Part shown: positions 31,829-43,010 of the stretch, one piece after another
Layout of the letters: every line of letters starts with the position of its first letter
How positions within the stretch are numbered: position 1 is the stretch's first letter
Source: an uncultured delta proteobacterium
Lineage (GTDB): Bacteria > Desulfobacterota > Binatia > UBA9968
Length of the DNA: 64,000 nt
Assembly (NCBI GenBank): GCA_963745035.1
Contig: CAVUVW010000013.1
Coordinates: 32,001 to 96,000 of the forward strand
Reading direction: 5' to 3'
Program-made: the position numbers and the translations under genes
The notes under the pieces: generated by a model
Databases searched by the model: none
What the model was told of the DNA's origin: nothing
The model's input: only the letters and a program-made list of their open reading frames with translations

Positions 31829-34150
31829 TTAGCTCCCCCTTTTTTCTGCATTGAGCATAGCAACGATCTTGTCCGGCTTTATCGGCAAATCTCTTATGCG
31901 AATTCCACCGAGCGCATTGGCAATGGCATTGCCGATGGCCGGCGCCACCGGCGGCAACGCCGCTTCGCCCATACCTTTGGCGCCGAAGGGGCCGTCGGGA
32001 TGGGGCGTTTCGACCGTGATCGAATGAAAATTCAGCGGATGATCTTCCATGGACGGCAGCATGTACTCCAAAAAACTGCTGTTGATCGGCTGGCCGTTGT
32101 CATAGACCATCTCTTCAAAAAGCGCCGATCCCATACCGGACAACATCGAACCTTCGTTTTGCAGTTCGCATTGTTTGGGATGAATCGCCTTGCCCGCGTC
32201 CGCCGTTGCCACGATGCGCAAAATCCGCACTTTGCCGGTCTCACTATCGACTTCAACTTCAACACCGCAGGCCGAGAAGAACCAGAATGCCGCGGCCTTC
32301 CCTTTTCCGGTCTTCGGGTTCAACCCGCCTTCGGTCTTAAAACAATGGCCGCCAAACATGCTGCCCACGGATGATCCGAAGCGTGCCTTGAAAATCTCCG
32401 TGATCGATAACCGTTTATCGGGTACGCCGCGCACCCACACGGCGCCATCGCGCAATTCCAAATCCTCGACGCGCGCTTCGAGTTTCTTCGCGCCGACTTC
32501 GAGCAACTGGTTTTTGATCTCGCGGGCCGCCTTCTGCGCCGCTTGCCCCATATGAAAGGTCGTGCGGCTCGAGCTCGACGACTTATCGTAGGGCGTAAGA
32601 TCGGTATCCGGGAAGCTCACGGAGACTTTTTCAAAGGGCAATCCCAACTCGTCGCCGACGATCTGCGCCAGCGAAGTCAACGCCCCTTGGCCCATGTCGA
32701 CGCTGCTGGTGAGAAGAATAGCCGAACCATCGGCGTTAAGACGCACGTTAGCCGAAGAAGTCGTCGGCGTGGTCGTGCTTTTAATCGTGACCGCAAGCCC
32801 TTTGCCGCGGACCACGTTTTGTCCGGCCGGCGGCGGTCGACTGTTCTTCCTTGCCGTTCCATCCGATAGCGCGGGCGGTGCGCTCCAAGCACTCGGTGAT
32901 GCCTACGGAAACCAGTTTTTCGCCGGTGACAAATACATCCCCCTCTTTCACAAGATGTCGCAGACGCAATTCGCAACGGATCGATGCCGAGCCGGCGCGC
33001 GATATCGTCCATCTCCGACTCATAAGCCCAACACACATGCGAAACGCCGACGCCGCGAAACGGACCGGTCGGCGGCAAATTGGTGTAGACGGAATAGGTC
33101 GACAAACTTCGGTTGGGAATATTGTAAGGTCCGCTCGATACATAACAGCCGGTTTTAGCGTTGACCGGCCCATTGAGCGCGTAGGCGCCGATTTCATAAA
33201 AAGACTCGACCTTGCGCGCCACGATGGTGCCGTCTCTTTTAACTCCGGTTTTGATTTTCACCACCGCGCCGTACCGTCTGCCGGTGAGAAAGACCTCGTC
33301 GCGGGTCAACACCCACTGCACGGGACGGCGCGCTTTGCGCGCCAGCAATGCAAGTGGCGGCTCCAGCCGCGCATGGGTCTTGCCGCCATAACCGCCGCCG
33401 AGCGGTGGAACGATGACGCGCACCTGATTTTCCGGCAATTTGAAGATCTGCGCCAGTTGCTCTTGCACGCCGGAGGGGTTTTGCGTCGCGGAATGAATGA
33501 CCAACTTGCCGCCCGGCTCCCAGTAGGCCGTGGCGGCATGGGGTTCTATATGGCCGTGCTGCACCGGCGGTAGCGTGTAGGTATTTTCAAAAATCTCTTC
33601 CGCTTCTTGAAATCCTTTTTCGATGTTGCCGTCTTCCACCCGAAATACACTGCAAACATTGCCGCCCAACTCGAAATTGAATTCCTCGCGGTGCACGCCC
33701 GCGTTGGTCTCGTTGCGCTGCGCATGCAGCACCGGCGCGCCGGGCTTGGCGGCTTCGAGAAGATCGAACACCGCCGGTAACTCTTCGTAATCGACTTCGA
33801 TCAGATCCAAAGCCTCTTCCGCAATCTCCCGGCTCTTCGCCGCTACGAGCGCGACAACTTCACCGACATGACGCACTCGATCGGTAGCGACGACCGGTTG
33901 ATCATCGACCACAGGGCCGAAATAAGGATTCAAGCCGGCCAAATCGTCGCGCGTGACAACGGCTACGACACCGGCAAGTTTTTCCGCCTTGCTTGCGTCG
34001 ACGCGCAGGAGTTTCGCGTGCGGGCAAGGGCTTCGCAGCGCCTTCGCGTAAAGCATGCTGCGGCAGAACAAGGTCCGGGGCATAGTTGATCGCTCCGGTG
34101 ACCTTGGCCAACCCGCCCACCATCGTGACATCCGTACCGACCAGAGACAT
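31829..34150 (-). CDS. Xanthine dehydrogenase-family Mo-binding large subunit, frameshifted
   Basis: AKVTGAINY, VQHGHIEPH, LGGGYGGK, PFRGVG, DMGQG, SSSSR and AKGMGE. Confidence 0.92.
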
Positions 34151-34172
34151 CTTTATGGTTCCCTTCTTAGTG

Positions 34173-35020
34173 TTACGCCGCAGCGCCGAGCGCCCGGCGC
34201 ACCAGCACATGGACCAAGTGGCGCTTGTAATCCAGCAGTTCCACGCAAGTCGTCGATCGGCTCGACCCGAGAGCTCGCGTCCGACGCGATCCGCTCGATC
34301 AACTCAGGTGTGAGTTTCTCACCCCGCGCCATCGATTCGGCTTTTTCTAAACGCACCGGTTTCGGCGATACCGCGCCGACCACGAGGCGAAGTTCAGCGC
34401 AAACGCCTTTCTCCATAGTCGTCAATGCGGCAACACCGACGCACGGCCGCTCTTCGGAAGAACCGGTGGTAAACTTGGTGTAAGTTCCACGTAGACGATC
34501 GGCCGGCGGGACGATCAACGCCGAAACCAATTCACCCGGTTCCAGAGCGGTCTCGTAACTGCCTTTCAAAAAATCGGACAATTTCATCCGCCGGGTTCCC
34601 GCGCGGCTCAATAAGTTCGACCACGGCGTCCAGCGCCACCAGCACCGTGGGCGGATCGGATTGATAATCGCCATGCGCCAGATTGCCGCCGATGGTGGCC
34701 ATGTTGCGAATGCGGATGTTCGCCACCACATGGCACGCGTCGGCGAGCACCGGATAATGTTGCCGCACCAACGGCGACGCCTCGATATCGTAGATCGCCG
34801 CCAGCGCGCCGACGCGCAATCCTGTTTGCGCGTCATAGCTGATATCGCTCGCGGCTTTGATTTTTTTTAAATTGACGAGCGTCTTTGGGACAAAGATGCC
34901 GTGCTTGATCAAGGTCAAAAGCGCCGTACCGCCGGCGATAACTTTAGCTTCCTCGTTGTCACTGAGAAGCGCGCAAGCCTCTTTGAGAGTGCTGGGCTCC
35001 ACTAGCTCGAAATGTCGCAT
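34173..35020 (-). CDS. FAD-binding medium subunit of a Mo-hydroxylase, frameshifted
   Basis: IAGGTALL, IRNMATIGGNLAH and DDLRG. Confidence 0.9.
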
Positions 35021-35033
35021 ATAACTTGATCCT

Positions 35034-35861
35034 TTAGCGCCAAGAATGAACCGGCTGCCAGCCGAGCAATTTTTTTGCGCGGGCGTTGGAATACGCGCCT
35101 TTGCTGCCGGTTAGATTGCGCGCTTTGTCGCCGATGGCCGGCATGATTCGCGGATATAGATCGCAGAGCGGTTCAGCCACCGTGCTGTCGTCGGCGACGA
35201 CAAATAAAATAGTGCCGCTCGGAATCGGGCGCTCGACCGCCAGCCGAAAAGCAACGGCCAAATCGCGCGCGTCGATATAACTGTAGGCATAAAAACCCGT
35301 TGGTTTGCGCCCGCCGTCTTTTTTTATCTTTTCGAGCTCTTCCGGCGTGACCACGCCGCTTGGCCGCAGCATCACGGTTTCCAGACCTTTGCGCGCGTAG
35401 GAGCGCGCGATGGTTTCGCCGATCTCTTTGGATAGACCGTAGACGTCTTCGGGCCGCAGCGGATGGTCTTCATCGATCGGCAGATAGTCGGGCAGGAAGC
35501 GCTCGCTGTAGCTCCAGCCGACGATGGCATTGCTGCTGGCCGAGACCACCCGCTTGACGCCGAGACGGAAAGCGGCGTGATGGACGTTGAACGTGCCGAC
35601 GACGTTGGTCTGATAAGTCACCGTGGTGGTGGCGATGTTCGGATTATGGATCGCCGCGAGATGGATGACCGCTTCGGCGCCGGCCATGGCTTCCATGACT
35701 TGGCCGAGATCCTGGATGTCTCCAAGCAAATATTTGACCGGGCCGCGCTCCGGCCCCGGCGTGCGATCGAGGACGGTGATTTCGTAAGCGGGGTTATTCA
35801 GCAGCTCGCGAACGATCCCTTGGCCGACTTTGCCGGCTCCGCCGGTGATAAGAAGCTTCAT
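35034..35861 (-). CDS. NAD-dependent epimerase/dehydratase (uronate dehydrogenase-like extended SDR)
   Basis: ITGGAGKVG Rossmann motif, HLAA, ASS and YGLSK (YxxxK). Confidence 0.92.
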   Translation of the reverse strand: MKLLITGGAGKVGQGIVRELLNNPAYEITVLDRTPGPERGPVKYLLGDIQDLGQVMEAMAGAEAVIHLAAIHNPNIATTTVTYQTNVVGTFNVHHAAFRLGVKRVVSASSNAIVGWSYSERFLPDYLPIDEDHPLRPEDVYGLSKEIGETIARSYARKGLETVMLRPSGVVTPEELEKIKKDGGRKPTGFYAYSYIDARDLAVAFRLAVERPIPSGTILFVVADDSTVAEPLCDLYPRIMPAIGDKARNLTGSKGAYSNARAKKLLGWQPVHSWR

Positions 35862-35912
35862 GGAAATATCTAACAAGCAGCTGAAAATGGGTCGCGGTTC
35901 ACTTGAAAACCA

Positions 35913-36942
35913 TCACAAGCTGTAGAGCGCCTTGGCGTTGCCGCCGACGATTTTTTCGGCAACGGATGAACTGAACTTAGAGTTTTGCAGAACGCCGTCG
36001 AGAGCTCTGAGCTCGGACGCGCTGTCGGCGTGGCCGTAATCCGTGCCGATCACCAGGTTGTCTTCTCCAGCGATTTCCATGATGTACGGAAGGTCGTCGC
36101 TGCTCTCGCAGCCGACATAAAATCGACTTTGACGCAGCAGCTCTTTCGCATTCAGCTCTCGACCTTGCAGCTTGTAGCGTTTGCCCAGATCATTGAGCAC
36201 GTAAGGGAGCCACTGCGCGCCGGCTTCGAGAAAAGCGACTTTGAGTTTTGGAAAACGCTCCGGAATCCCATCCATGATCATGTTGTGGAACGCGCCGACG
36301 ATCACCAATTTGAATTTCGAAAAGCCGATGGTCTCGTAACGAAAATAATCGTACAACCCGGAGCTACCGGTGCCCGAATGAATGCAGATCGGAAGATCCA
36401 AACGGCTCGCGGCATCGTAAAGTGGAAAGAAATAACTATCGCTTAGAAGTCTTTCGCACTCCGAGCCGCGCAGGAAAATACCGCAGGCGCCGTTCTCTTT
36501 GGCGAACTTTGCTTCCTCGAACACTTTGTCCATGCTCAACAGCGGCAATACAGCGGCCCAGCGCAGGCGCTCTTTCGCCTGTTTCCAGATGTCCGCCATC
36601 CAACGATTATAGCTGCGGCCCAAGGCCAGCTCGATTTCGGGCCGCGCCGTCAGCGGAATGATAAACATCGTCGGAAAAATCACCTGGACATCGACACCGA
36701 GCTCATCCATGTGTTTCAAGCGCGCACTCGGATCGCGCAACTCGCGCGATTCCATCGGCGTGTTTTTGCCGACATTGCGCGATTTCAGTCGCAGCGTGCC
36801 ATCGACCAGCCAATATTCATCATGCGGCGAACCGATCGGTGGAAACGACGACCTGGGGGCGAAATTTCCGATCAGCGCCTTCCATGTATTCCCAGGTTTT
36901 TTCGGTTTCTAGAACATGTGCGTCAGCGTCGATCCTTAGCAT
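35913..36942 (-). CDS. Amidohydrolase_2 family protein, frameshifted near 36820
   Basis: MLRIDADAHVLE read from the DNA; QVIFPT, ICIH, LEAGAQWLPY and GTDYGH. Confidence 0.9.
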
Positions 36943-37005
36943 GAGATAATCCTCGCTTTATAATCGTGGGTAATTCCTCGCCAGGACTCTGCCACGGCGC
37001 TTGCG

Positions 37006-38220
37006 CTACTCGTCCCAAAGCACATGGAGAGGCAAACCTATCGCCACCGGACACATCTGCCCCTTCACCGTCCGCCAAGTCTGCTTTACTGTAACCGGGG
37101 CATCCTTAATATCCATAAGCGTCACATGCGGGATTCGCAATGCGTCGAATATTGGTTCGGTCACCCACCTAGTGCAAGCATGGGAATCTCGAGACTCTCC
37201 CAAGGCAAAATGGTGGGCGTATAATATGAGAGTTGCCATCCGTTGCTCGTGGGCAAGAACAGCAAGGACCAAGCTGCAAAGTCCCAGTCCTGAAGCTTCC
37301 ATAATAGTGACAGGGTTGCGACCGCCCATGAAAGCACCCATGGCTATAGCCAGGCCATCGTCTTCCCTTGTGACCGCGATACTCGTCACTTGGGGATCTT
37401 CACTTGCCAGTCGCTGTATTAGATAGTTCGCGCTATCTGGAACATAAACAATAAAGTCTATCCCTGCTTCACGCAAACTTAAGTAGATAATTCGAGCCTT
37501 CTCAAGCGACGCTCGCGACCCGGTTTCCGGTTCCACGCGGATATCAGGAATAGAAATAAGGGACCTCCCCGCGCGGTTATCCACGGGCGCCGATTTTCCC
37601 CGGGACATGCCCGCATGCTCCGGACTGAGCCAACCGCGATTAATCAGCGCCCGGCGAAACGTTATTGCCTGCTCGATCGTGGTAAGCGTCTTGGAGGTCA
37701 TTTGTGGCATCGGGTCTTTATCCACCTTCGCAACGATGTAGCGTAGACCGTCCTTGGACAGCGCTTCTGTAATGGCGTTTTCAAACTCGGCCATCGTATT
37801 GACCGTGCAAGTGTTTCGAAAACCGGAAGCACGCGCGAGTCCTTCAAGGTCAGTGCATCCCGCCGTTGGGGTAGGGAACGGTCCGTGATGCTTGCGGGTC
37901 GACGTTGTTCCGGGTGAAAGATATGCACCGTTATCCCACACCACCTGGACAAGATTTGCCGGCGCCGTATTGGCGACCACGGGCAGAGCCGTCATTCCCG
38001 AAAGCGCCGAACCATCGCCGTCCATCACAACCACTTTCTGTTTGGGAAGGGCCATTGCCAAACCTAAACCCATCGACGTGGGATAAGGAATCGGCGAGTA
38101 GAGGTTCAGCTCGCTGGGGTTTACCGTGCGTATCTCTTCGTTCATTCCGCCTGCGCCGTTGACGACGACTGCCTCGCCCCGCACCTTTTTGAAGATTTGC
38201 AAGGCTTCCCATCTTTTCAT
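37006..38220 (-). CDS. Fused ComE-like (PP) and ComD-like (PYR) ThDP-dependent decarboxylase
   Basis: N-half has DGDGS...DNG. C-half has YVPDS, TREDDGLAIAMGAFMGG and MEASGLG. Single uninterrupted 404-aa frame. Confidence 0.82.
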   Translation of the reverse strand: MKRWEALQIFKKVRGEAVVVNGAGGMNEEIRTVNPSELNLYSPIPYPTSMGLGLAMALPKQKVVVMDGDGSALSGMTALPVVANTAPANLVQVVWDNGAYLSPGTTSTRKHHGPFPTPTAGCTDLEGLARASGFRNTCTVNTMAEFENAITEALSKDGLRYIVAKVDKDPMPQMTSKTLTTIEQAITFRRALINRGWLSPEHAGMSRGKSAPVDNRAGRSLISIPDIRVEPETGSRASLEKARIIYLSLREAGIDFIVYVPDSANYLIQRLASEDPQVTSIAVTREDDGLAIAMGAFMGGRNPVTIMEASGLGLCSLVLAVLAHEQRMATLILYAHHFALGESRDSHACTRWVTEPIFDALRIPHVTLMDIKDAPVTVKQTWRTVKGQMCPVAIGLPLHVLWDE

Positions 38221-38323
38221 AGCTGCACTCCCCCTGACGAATACGCCATACGCATCTTTGAAGAAATCAGATCAACTCTGATCCCGTGGCCTGCCTTTCT
38301 CAAACTGCGGGAAAAGCGTCGGA

Positions 38324-39379
38324 CTATTTAGCCTGCGCCGTTTTCAAATTTGACAGATCGAAGAGATCGGATAGCCGGACCGGCGGCGGATTGGCGGCGC
38401 CTTGTCGCGCGCTATCGTACGCCGCTCGCACATCTTCCTCCGAGAGCGATCCGTCGCTACTGAATACGTCAAGGCTCCTTTTGTAGAGCCATTCAAACTG
38501 TTCGGGCTTGATCCTCATCGTACGAATAAAAAGCGGCTTGATTCTTTCTTTGTCGTCTTTGAAATCAGCAAGCGCGCGAAGGACAACCTTGGTTACCTTA
38601 CTTACCTCTTCACGGTTTTTCTGGATCCTTACGGTAGATGTCCCCAAACCCGTAAGTGTCTGCCGAGTGAGATGTCCGGTAGCGATGAGGACTTTCATTC
38701 CCTGTTCGACTGCGGCGAGGGTTTCCACTCCATTAAGAATGGTGGCGTCGACCCGACCCGAAAGAAGCGCCACCAACCTGAAATCGCCCGCGCCCACGGG
38801 AATAACCTTAACATCTCGAAGGGAATCCAAGCCGAGATGTTTCAAACCTACGCGAAGATCGGAATCGACGGCAGAGCCGAACCGTGTAACGGCAACGATT
38901 TTTCCCTTCAAATCGTTCGCGCTTTTAATCCCCGGATTAACAACGATGCTGTAGTCCGATCCATTGAAGAAACTTGCCAGAATCTTTACAGGAAACCCAA
39001 CAGCTGCCGCCCTGGCAATACTGGTTGTGCTAGTGGCGTAGCTCACGTCACCAGTTACGAGCGCCTTCACCGACAAGTCAGAATTCATACTTACTAATTG
39101 TTCGGCGAAGCCCTCGGCTTTGAAATACCCAAACTCCTTAGCAATTATAAGCGGAAAAATATTGATGCTTCGGAGGTTCGTGACTCCGATAACAACCTTC
39201 TTTTGCTCTTGCCCTAGAAGAGGATCGCTAAATAAGATAACGGCGAGTGACAAAACTACGATAGATTTCACGAAGGACATAAAGATAAGACACAGGTTTG
39301 TTGTCACGAACATTAAATTTCTATACAAGCTCCACACCAAGACATGTTTGCCACCAGGCTGTTTCCAAAATATTTTCAT
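38324..39379 (-). CDS. NMT1/SsuA-like ABC substrate-binding protein (true start possibly ~39280)
   Basis: IAKEFGYFKAEG, DLKGKIVAVTRFGS and RLVALLSGRVDAT. Confidence 0.88.
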   Translation of the reverse strand: MKIFWKQPGGKHVLVWSLYRNLMFVTTNLCLIFMSFVKSIVVLSLAVILFSDPLLGQEQKKVVIGVTNLRSINIFPLIIAKEFGYFKAEGFAEQLVSMNSDLSVKALVTGDVSYATSTTSIARAAAVGFPVKILASFFNGSDYSIVVNPGIKSANDLKGKIVAVTRFGSAVDSDLRVGLKHLGLDSLRDVKVIPVGAGDFRLVALLSGRVDATILNGVETLAAVEQGMKVLIATGHLTRQTLTGLGTSTVRIQKNREEVSKVTKVVLRALADFKDDKERIKPLFIRTMRIKPEQFEWLYKRSLDVFSSDGSLSEEDVRAAYDSARQGAANPPPVRLSDLFDLSNLKTAQAK

Positions 39380-39477
39380 GATAACTCGAATGGACCAAAG
39401 GATCGCATATTGCGGAGATATGTCGACACCATTCCAAAGTGTCTCAAAATCACGGGAGCCCTACGTACCGATGGAAC

Positions 39478-40458
39478 TCACGGCCTCCAACCTTTCGCTT
39501 CGATTTCGGCAAGAAGTTTTTTCGTCAAGCCGTAATTGAAAACACGATCAAGCGAAGGGGGCTCTTTGATTGCCAGGCGCTCCACTGCCTGGCGATAAGC
39601 TTCTCTTTGCAAACTGTCGTCGACAACCCCTCCACGAGTAAATCCCGGCAGCGAGAGATCAAAGATTTTTTGAGCGTAATCCTCTTTGACTTTCAGCGTC
39701 TTGGCTACATAGGGAAGCGCACCGGCGCGGTTCTGTTACGTGTAGAGTTGTCCTTTGATGGTGGCGCGCAGAGACTTTTCGATTAGGGGTTGATCGCTAT
39801 TGATGAATGCTTCGCGTGCGCCGACACTGCCAGAAAGTAGAAAAACATCTTCTTTAAGATAAGAAATCAGCTCGCGCAAGCCGTTCTCGTCAGCGATGAA
39901 TTTTGACCCTTCGGAAAGCACGGCCGCGTCGACGTTTCCAGTCTTCAACGCCATGTAGCGGGCCTCCGGCGAGCCCAGCGCCAACATCGTAATCTCCCTG
40001 CCACCCTCGATGCCGCGCTTTTTCAAAACATCCCGTGTTAAGGTGTCACTTGCTGAGCCAATGCTGGAAACCGCGATCTTTCTGCCCTTGAGATCCGCAA
40101 CACTCTTGAATTTAGGGTCGGCGTAAAGCCACAACAAGGGCCGATAGTAGCTGCTAAAGAGAATTTGCAACCGCGCCCCACCGAGATAGGCTGAAAGCAC
40201 GGCGGGCTCACCGGTTGCCGCGAGCTCGACATTACCGGCAATAAGAGCGCGGAGCCCAATACCGCCGCCCATTACAACGAGCTGCACCTCCAAGTCTTCT
40301 TCCCGGTAATAACCGCGATCTTTGGCTATAAAGAACGGCAGGTATTGAAAACAATAACATGGAATCGCCACGTTGACGGTCCTTGCCTCCGTCGGATTTC
40401 TTAAAGCAGATAACGATAGGAGACATAGAGCACTAACTGATAGTAAACGCACGAGCAT
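39478..40458 (-). pseudogene. NMT1/SsuA-like binding protein interrupted by an in-frame TAA (39736-39738) and a homopolymer slip
   Basis: The frame continues after TAA as QNRAGALPYVAKTLKV...PPSLDRVFNY, homologous to 40496..41542. Could equally be sequencing error. Confidence 0.6.
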
Positions 40459-40495
40459 TTTTCTTTTCTCCTTAGGCCACTCTATTTCCAGGACT

Positions 40496-41542
40496 TCACT
40501 GCGCCCGCCATCCCTTCGCCTGCAACTCGGCGAAAGCATTCTTCGTGATAGAATAATTGTAAATTCGATCCAAAGGAGGGGGCTCCTTCATGCCAAGCCG
40601 GTCGAGGACATATTCCAAAGCTTTTCTTTGTAACACGGCGTCCACGGTTCCGTCCTTGGTGGTCGCGGGAATCACGGTATCGTAGATCCGCGCCGCCTCA
40701 TCGGGCTTGGTTTTCAAAATCCTCGCGAGAATGGGAACGGACCCGGAGCGGTTATCACGATAGTAAAGAAATCCCTTCAGGCTCGCTCTGATAAATCTCT
40801 CGACCAAGCCGGGGTCGGTTTCGAGCAGCTTCTGATTCGTCACGATGCTGCCTAGGACGTCAACGAGGTCATCCTCTTTTATAAACGACGCGAGCTCGCG
40901 AAAACCAGCATCCCTGGCTGCGAACGCGCCTTCGATCGGCAGAACCGCCGCATCCAGAACGCCCGTTTTCAGAGCCGTTACCCGCGCAGAATTCGATCCG
41001 ACGGCCATCATCGTAACGTCCCGGCCGCGATCCAGACCGTATTTCTTAAAAAAGCTATGCAAGAGGACGTCAGGGCCGCTGCCGAAACTAGAAATACCGA
41101 GCCGCTTTCCTTTGAGCCCTTCAACAGATTGAATTTCCGGTTTGCTGTAGATCCAAAAGATCGGCCGGTTAAAAGAGGTAAATATGAACCGGAGGGGAAT
41201 TCCACGGAGAATCGGTACAAGTCCGGCACCTGCCGAAATCGCAAATTGAAGGTCGCCGCCGATCAGCGCCTGGACCACTCCGGCGCCTGTGATCACGACA
41301 AAATCCACGTCGAGTGCTTCTTGCTTGTAATAGCCCTGCTCCTTGGCAACAAAAAAACTTCCCATCAGAACAACCGACAAAGGAATGCCCAAATAAACTT
41401 TTTTCAGCGGCTGAGCCGGGGCAGCCGATACGTGCACGAGAACTAGCGGCAAGGCTAGAATAATGCCCAAGAGAGAGCGCTGCAAATTTTTCAATTTAAC
41501 GTCCGCCCGCCCCGAGTTGAATCCAAATGCAATCACTTCCAT
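40496..41542 (-). CDS. NMT1/SsuA-like ABC substrate-binding protein
   Basis: Signal peptide ending APA; VAKEQGYY, LKGKRLGISSFGSG and RVTALKTGVLDA. Confidence 0.9.
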   Translation of the reverse strand: MEVIAFGFNSGRADVKLKNLQRSLLGIILALPLVLVHVSAAPAQPLKKVYLGIPLSVVLMGSFFVAKEQGYYKQEALDVDFVVITGAGVVQALIGGDLQFAISAGAGLVPILRGIPLRFIFTSFNRPIFWIYSKPEIQSVEGLKGKRLGISSFGSGPDVLLHSFFKKYGLDRGRDVTMMAVGSNSARVTALKTGVLDAAVLPIEGAFAARDAGFRELASFIKEDDLVDVLGSIVTNQKLLETDPGLVERFIRASLKGFLYYRDNRSGSVPILARILKTKPDEAARIYDTVIPATTKDGTVDAVLQRKALEYVLDRLGMKEPPPLDRIYNYSITKNAFAELQAKGWRAQ

Positions 41543-41587
41543 GTTCGTGAGCTCCGTTTTTGGTAAAAAGGCAAATTTCGCTGTCGA

Positions 41588-42970
41588 TCAGCCGCGCTGG
41601 CGTCTAGCAGAGACGCCGTAGCGTGCCCAGTCGGCAAGGACTTGTTGCCAAACGTCCTTGTGGGGCCAGCATTCCGTCGTCTGGTCATGCGTCTCATTTT
41701 TTGTAGCGTCAATAATGATCTTCGAAGTCGAGTGGTGATGGGTCGAGGGGTCAAGTCGGCTGCCGACCAAATTATGAAGAACTTGAATGTCACGATCAGG
41801 TTGGAAGCGAGTCGACAGTGCCCAGTTCACGTCGATGGGGTTACCGGGATCGAGGTCAGCATCAATGAGAATCAGAACTTTGATATGGCGACCGGCCCAG
41901 GTGCCCAACAATGCCAAAGCCATTTGGCGGGCGTAACCCTCGCTGCGATTTTCTAGGGAGGCAACCGCGGTGAGCCCGCCAGCATCATGGACGTGGATCT
42001 GTTTGAGCCCGGGCAGTGACACCGCTCGGCGCAACTCATGCTCAAACATCACGCTGTTGATAACGGCGCTATCATGGGGTGGGCGGCCCTCAAAAGACGC
42101 TAGCATGATCGGCTGATCGCGATAGGTAATGGTCGTGACTTCCATGATCGGCGACGGGCTTTGGCCGTCATAGTAGCCCAACCAATCACCAAACGGCCCC
42201 TCTGGCCGGGTTTCACCATCTGCTTTGATGTGCCCCTCTAAGACAATCTCGGCACTGGCCGGCACCTCCAATGGAATCGTCTCGCACGGCACCAGCTCTA
42301 CCGGCTCACCGCGCAATCCGCCGGCGAGAGCGAGCTCATCATAGTCGACCGGCAGGGGCGTCGCTGATGCGATGTGCACGGTGGGGTCGCAGCCCATCGC
42401 GATGGCTAAAGGAAACGGCTTGTCCTTTCCCGCCTTGGCCCAATGGCGAAAAAGATGCCGATAGGCTGAGCCGTGAATCCCGATCGTGTTTCGGCCGAAC
42501 ACCTGAGAGCGGTAGATTGCAGCGTTTCGTATGCCGGTTTCCGGATCTTTGCTGATGTCGCAGGGGAGAGTCAGAAATGGGCCTCCGTCCCGCTCGCTCC
42601 ACACAGGGATCGGCAAATCGTATAAGTTCACTTCCTTGCCCGAGATGACGTTTTCTTTGCAAGGCCCGTCTTTGACCATGACAGGGGCGATTTTTCTATC
42701 CATCCGTTTCGTCAGCTCGTCGGCCAGATTCTCCGGTGAAGTCTCCAAGGCCATGGCAAAGCGCGCGCGAGTTGCCACGATATTGGATATGAGCGGCATA
42801 CGCTGGCCCTTCACCCGATCAAAGCATAGGGCGGGCCCGCTGTCGTTAAGCGCCTTTCTGCAAACTGCAGCGAGTTCGTGCATCGGGTCGACTTCCACAG
42901 CAATGTGGGCCAATTCACCCGCTTCCTCCAGACGACTCAAAAATTCTCTCAGATCACGGTAAGCCATCAC
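41588..42970 (-). CDS. UbiD family decarboxylase
   Basis: YRDLREFLSRLEEAGEL, NAAIYR, EGPFGDWLGYY and VNWALSTRFQP. Confidence 0.95.
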   Translation of the reverse strand: MMAYRDLREFLSRLEEAGELAHIAVEVDPMHELAAVCRKALNDSGPALCFDRVKGQRMPLISNIVATRARFAMALETSPENLADELTKRMDRKIAPVMVKDGPCKENVISGKEVNLYDLPIPVWSERDGGPFLTLPCDISKDPETGIRNAAIYRSQVFGRNTIGIHGSAYRHLFRHWAKAGKDKPFPLAIAMGCDPTVHIASATPLPVDYDELALAGGLRGEPVELVPCETIPLEVPASAEIVLEGHIKADGETRPEGPFGDWLGYYDGQSPSPIMEVTTITYRDQPIMLASFEGRPPHDSAVINSVMFEHELRRAVSLPGLKQIHVHDAGGLTAVASLENRSEGYARQMALALLGTWAGRHIKVLILIDADLDPGNPIDVNWALSTRFQPDRDIQVLHNLVGSRLDPSTHHHSTSKIIIDATKNETHDQTTECWPHKDVWQQVLADWARYGVSARRQRG

Positions 42971-43010
42971 TGTCTCCTAGCCATCTAAGGCGTGCCAAAG
43001 GTTTCATGGG

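Noticed and set aside
562-36942. Mass pseudogenisation or programmed frameshifting (more than 20 genes split)
   Set aside because: Breaks are scattered single-base indels with catalytic motifs intact on both sides and no shared slippery motif. This fits long-read assembly error better; polishing with reads would decide.
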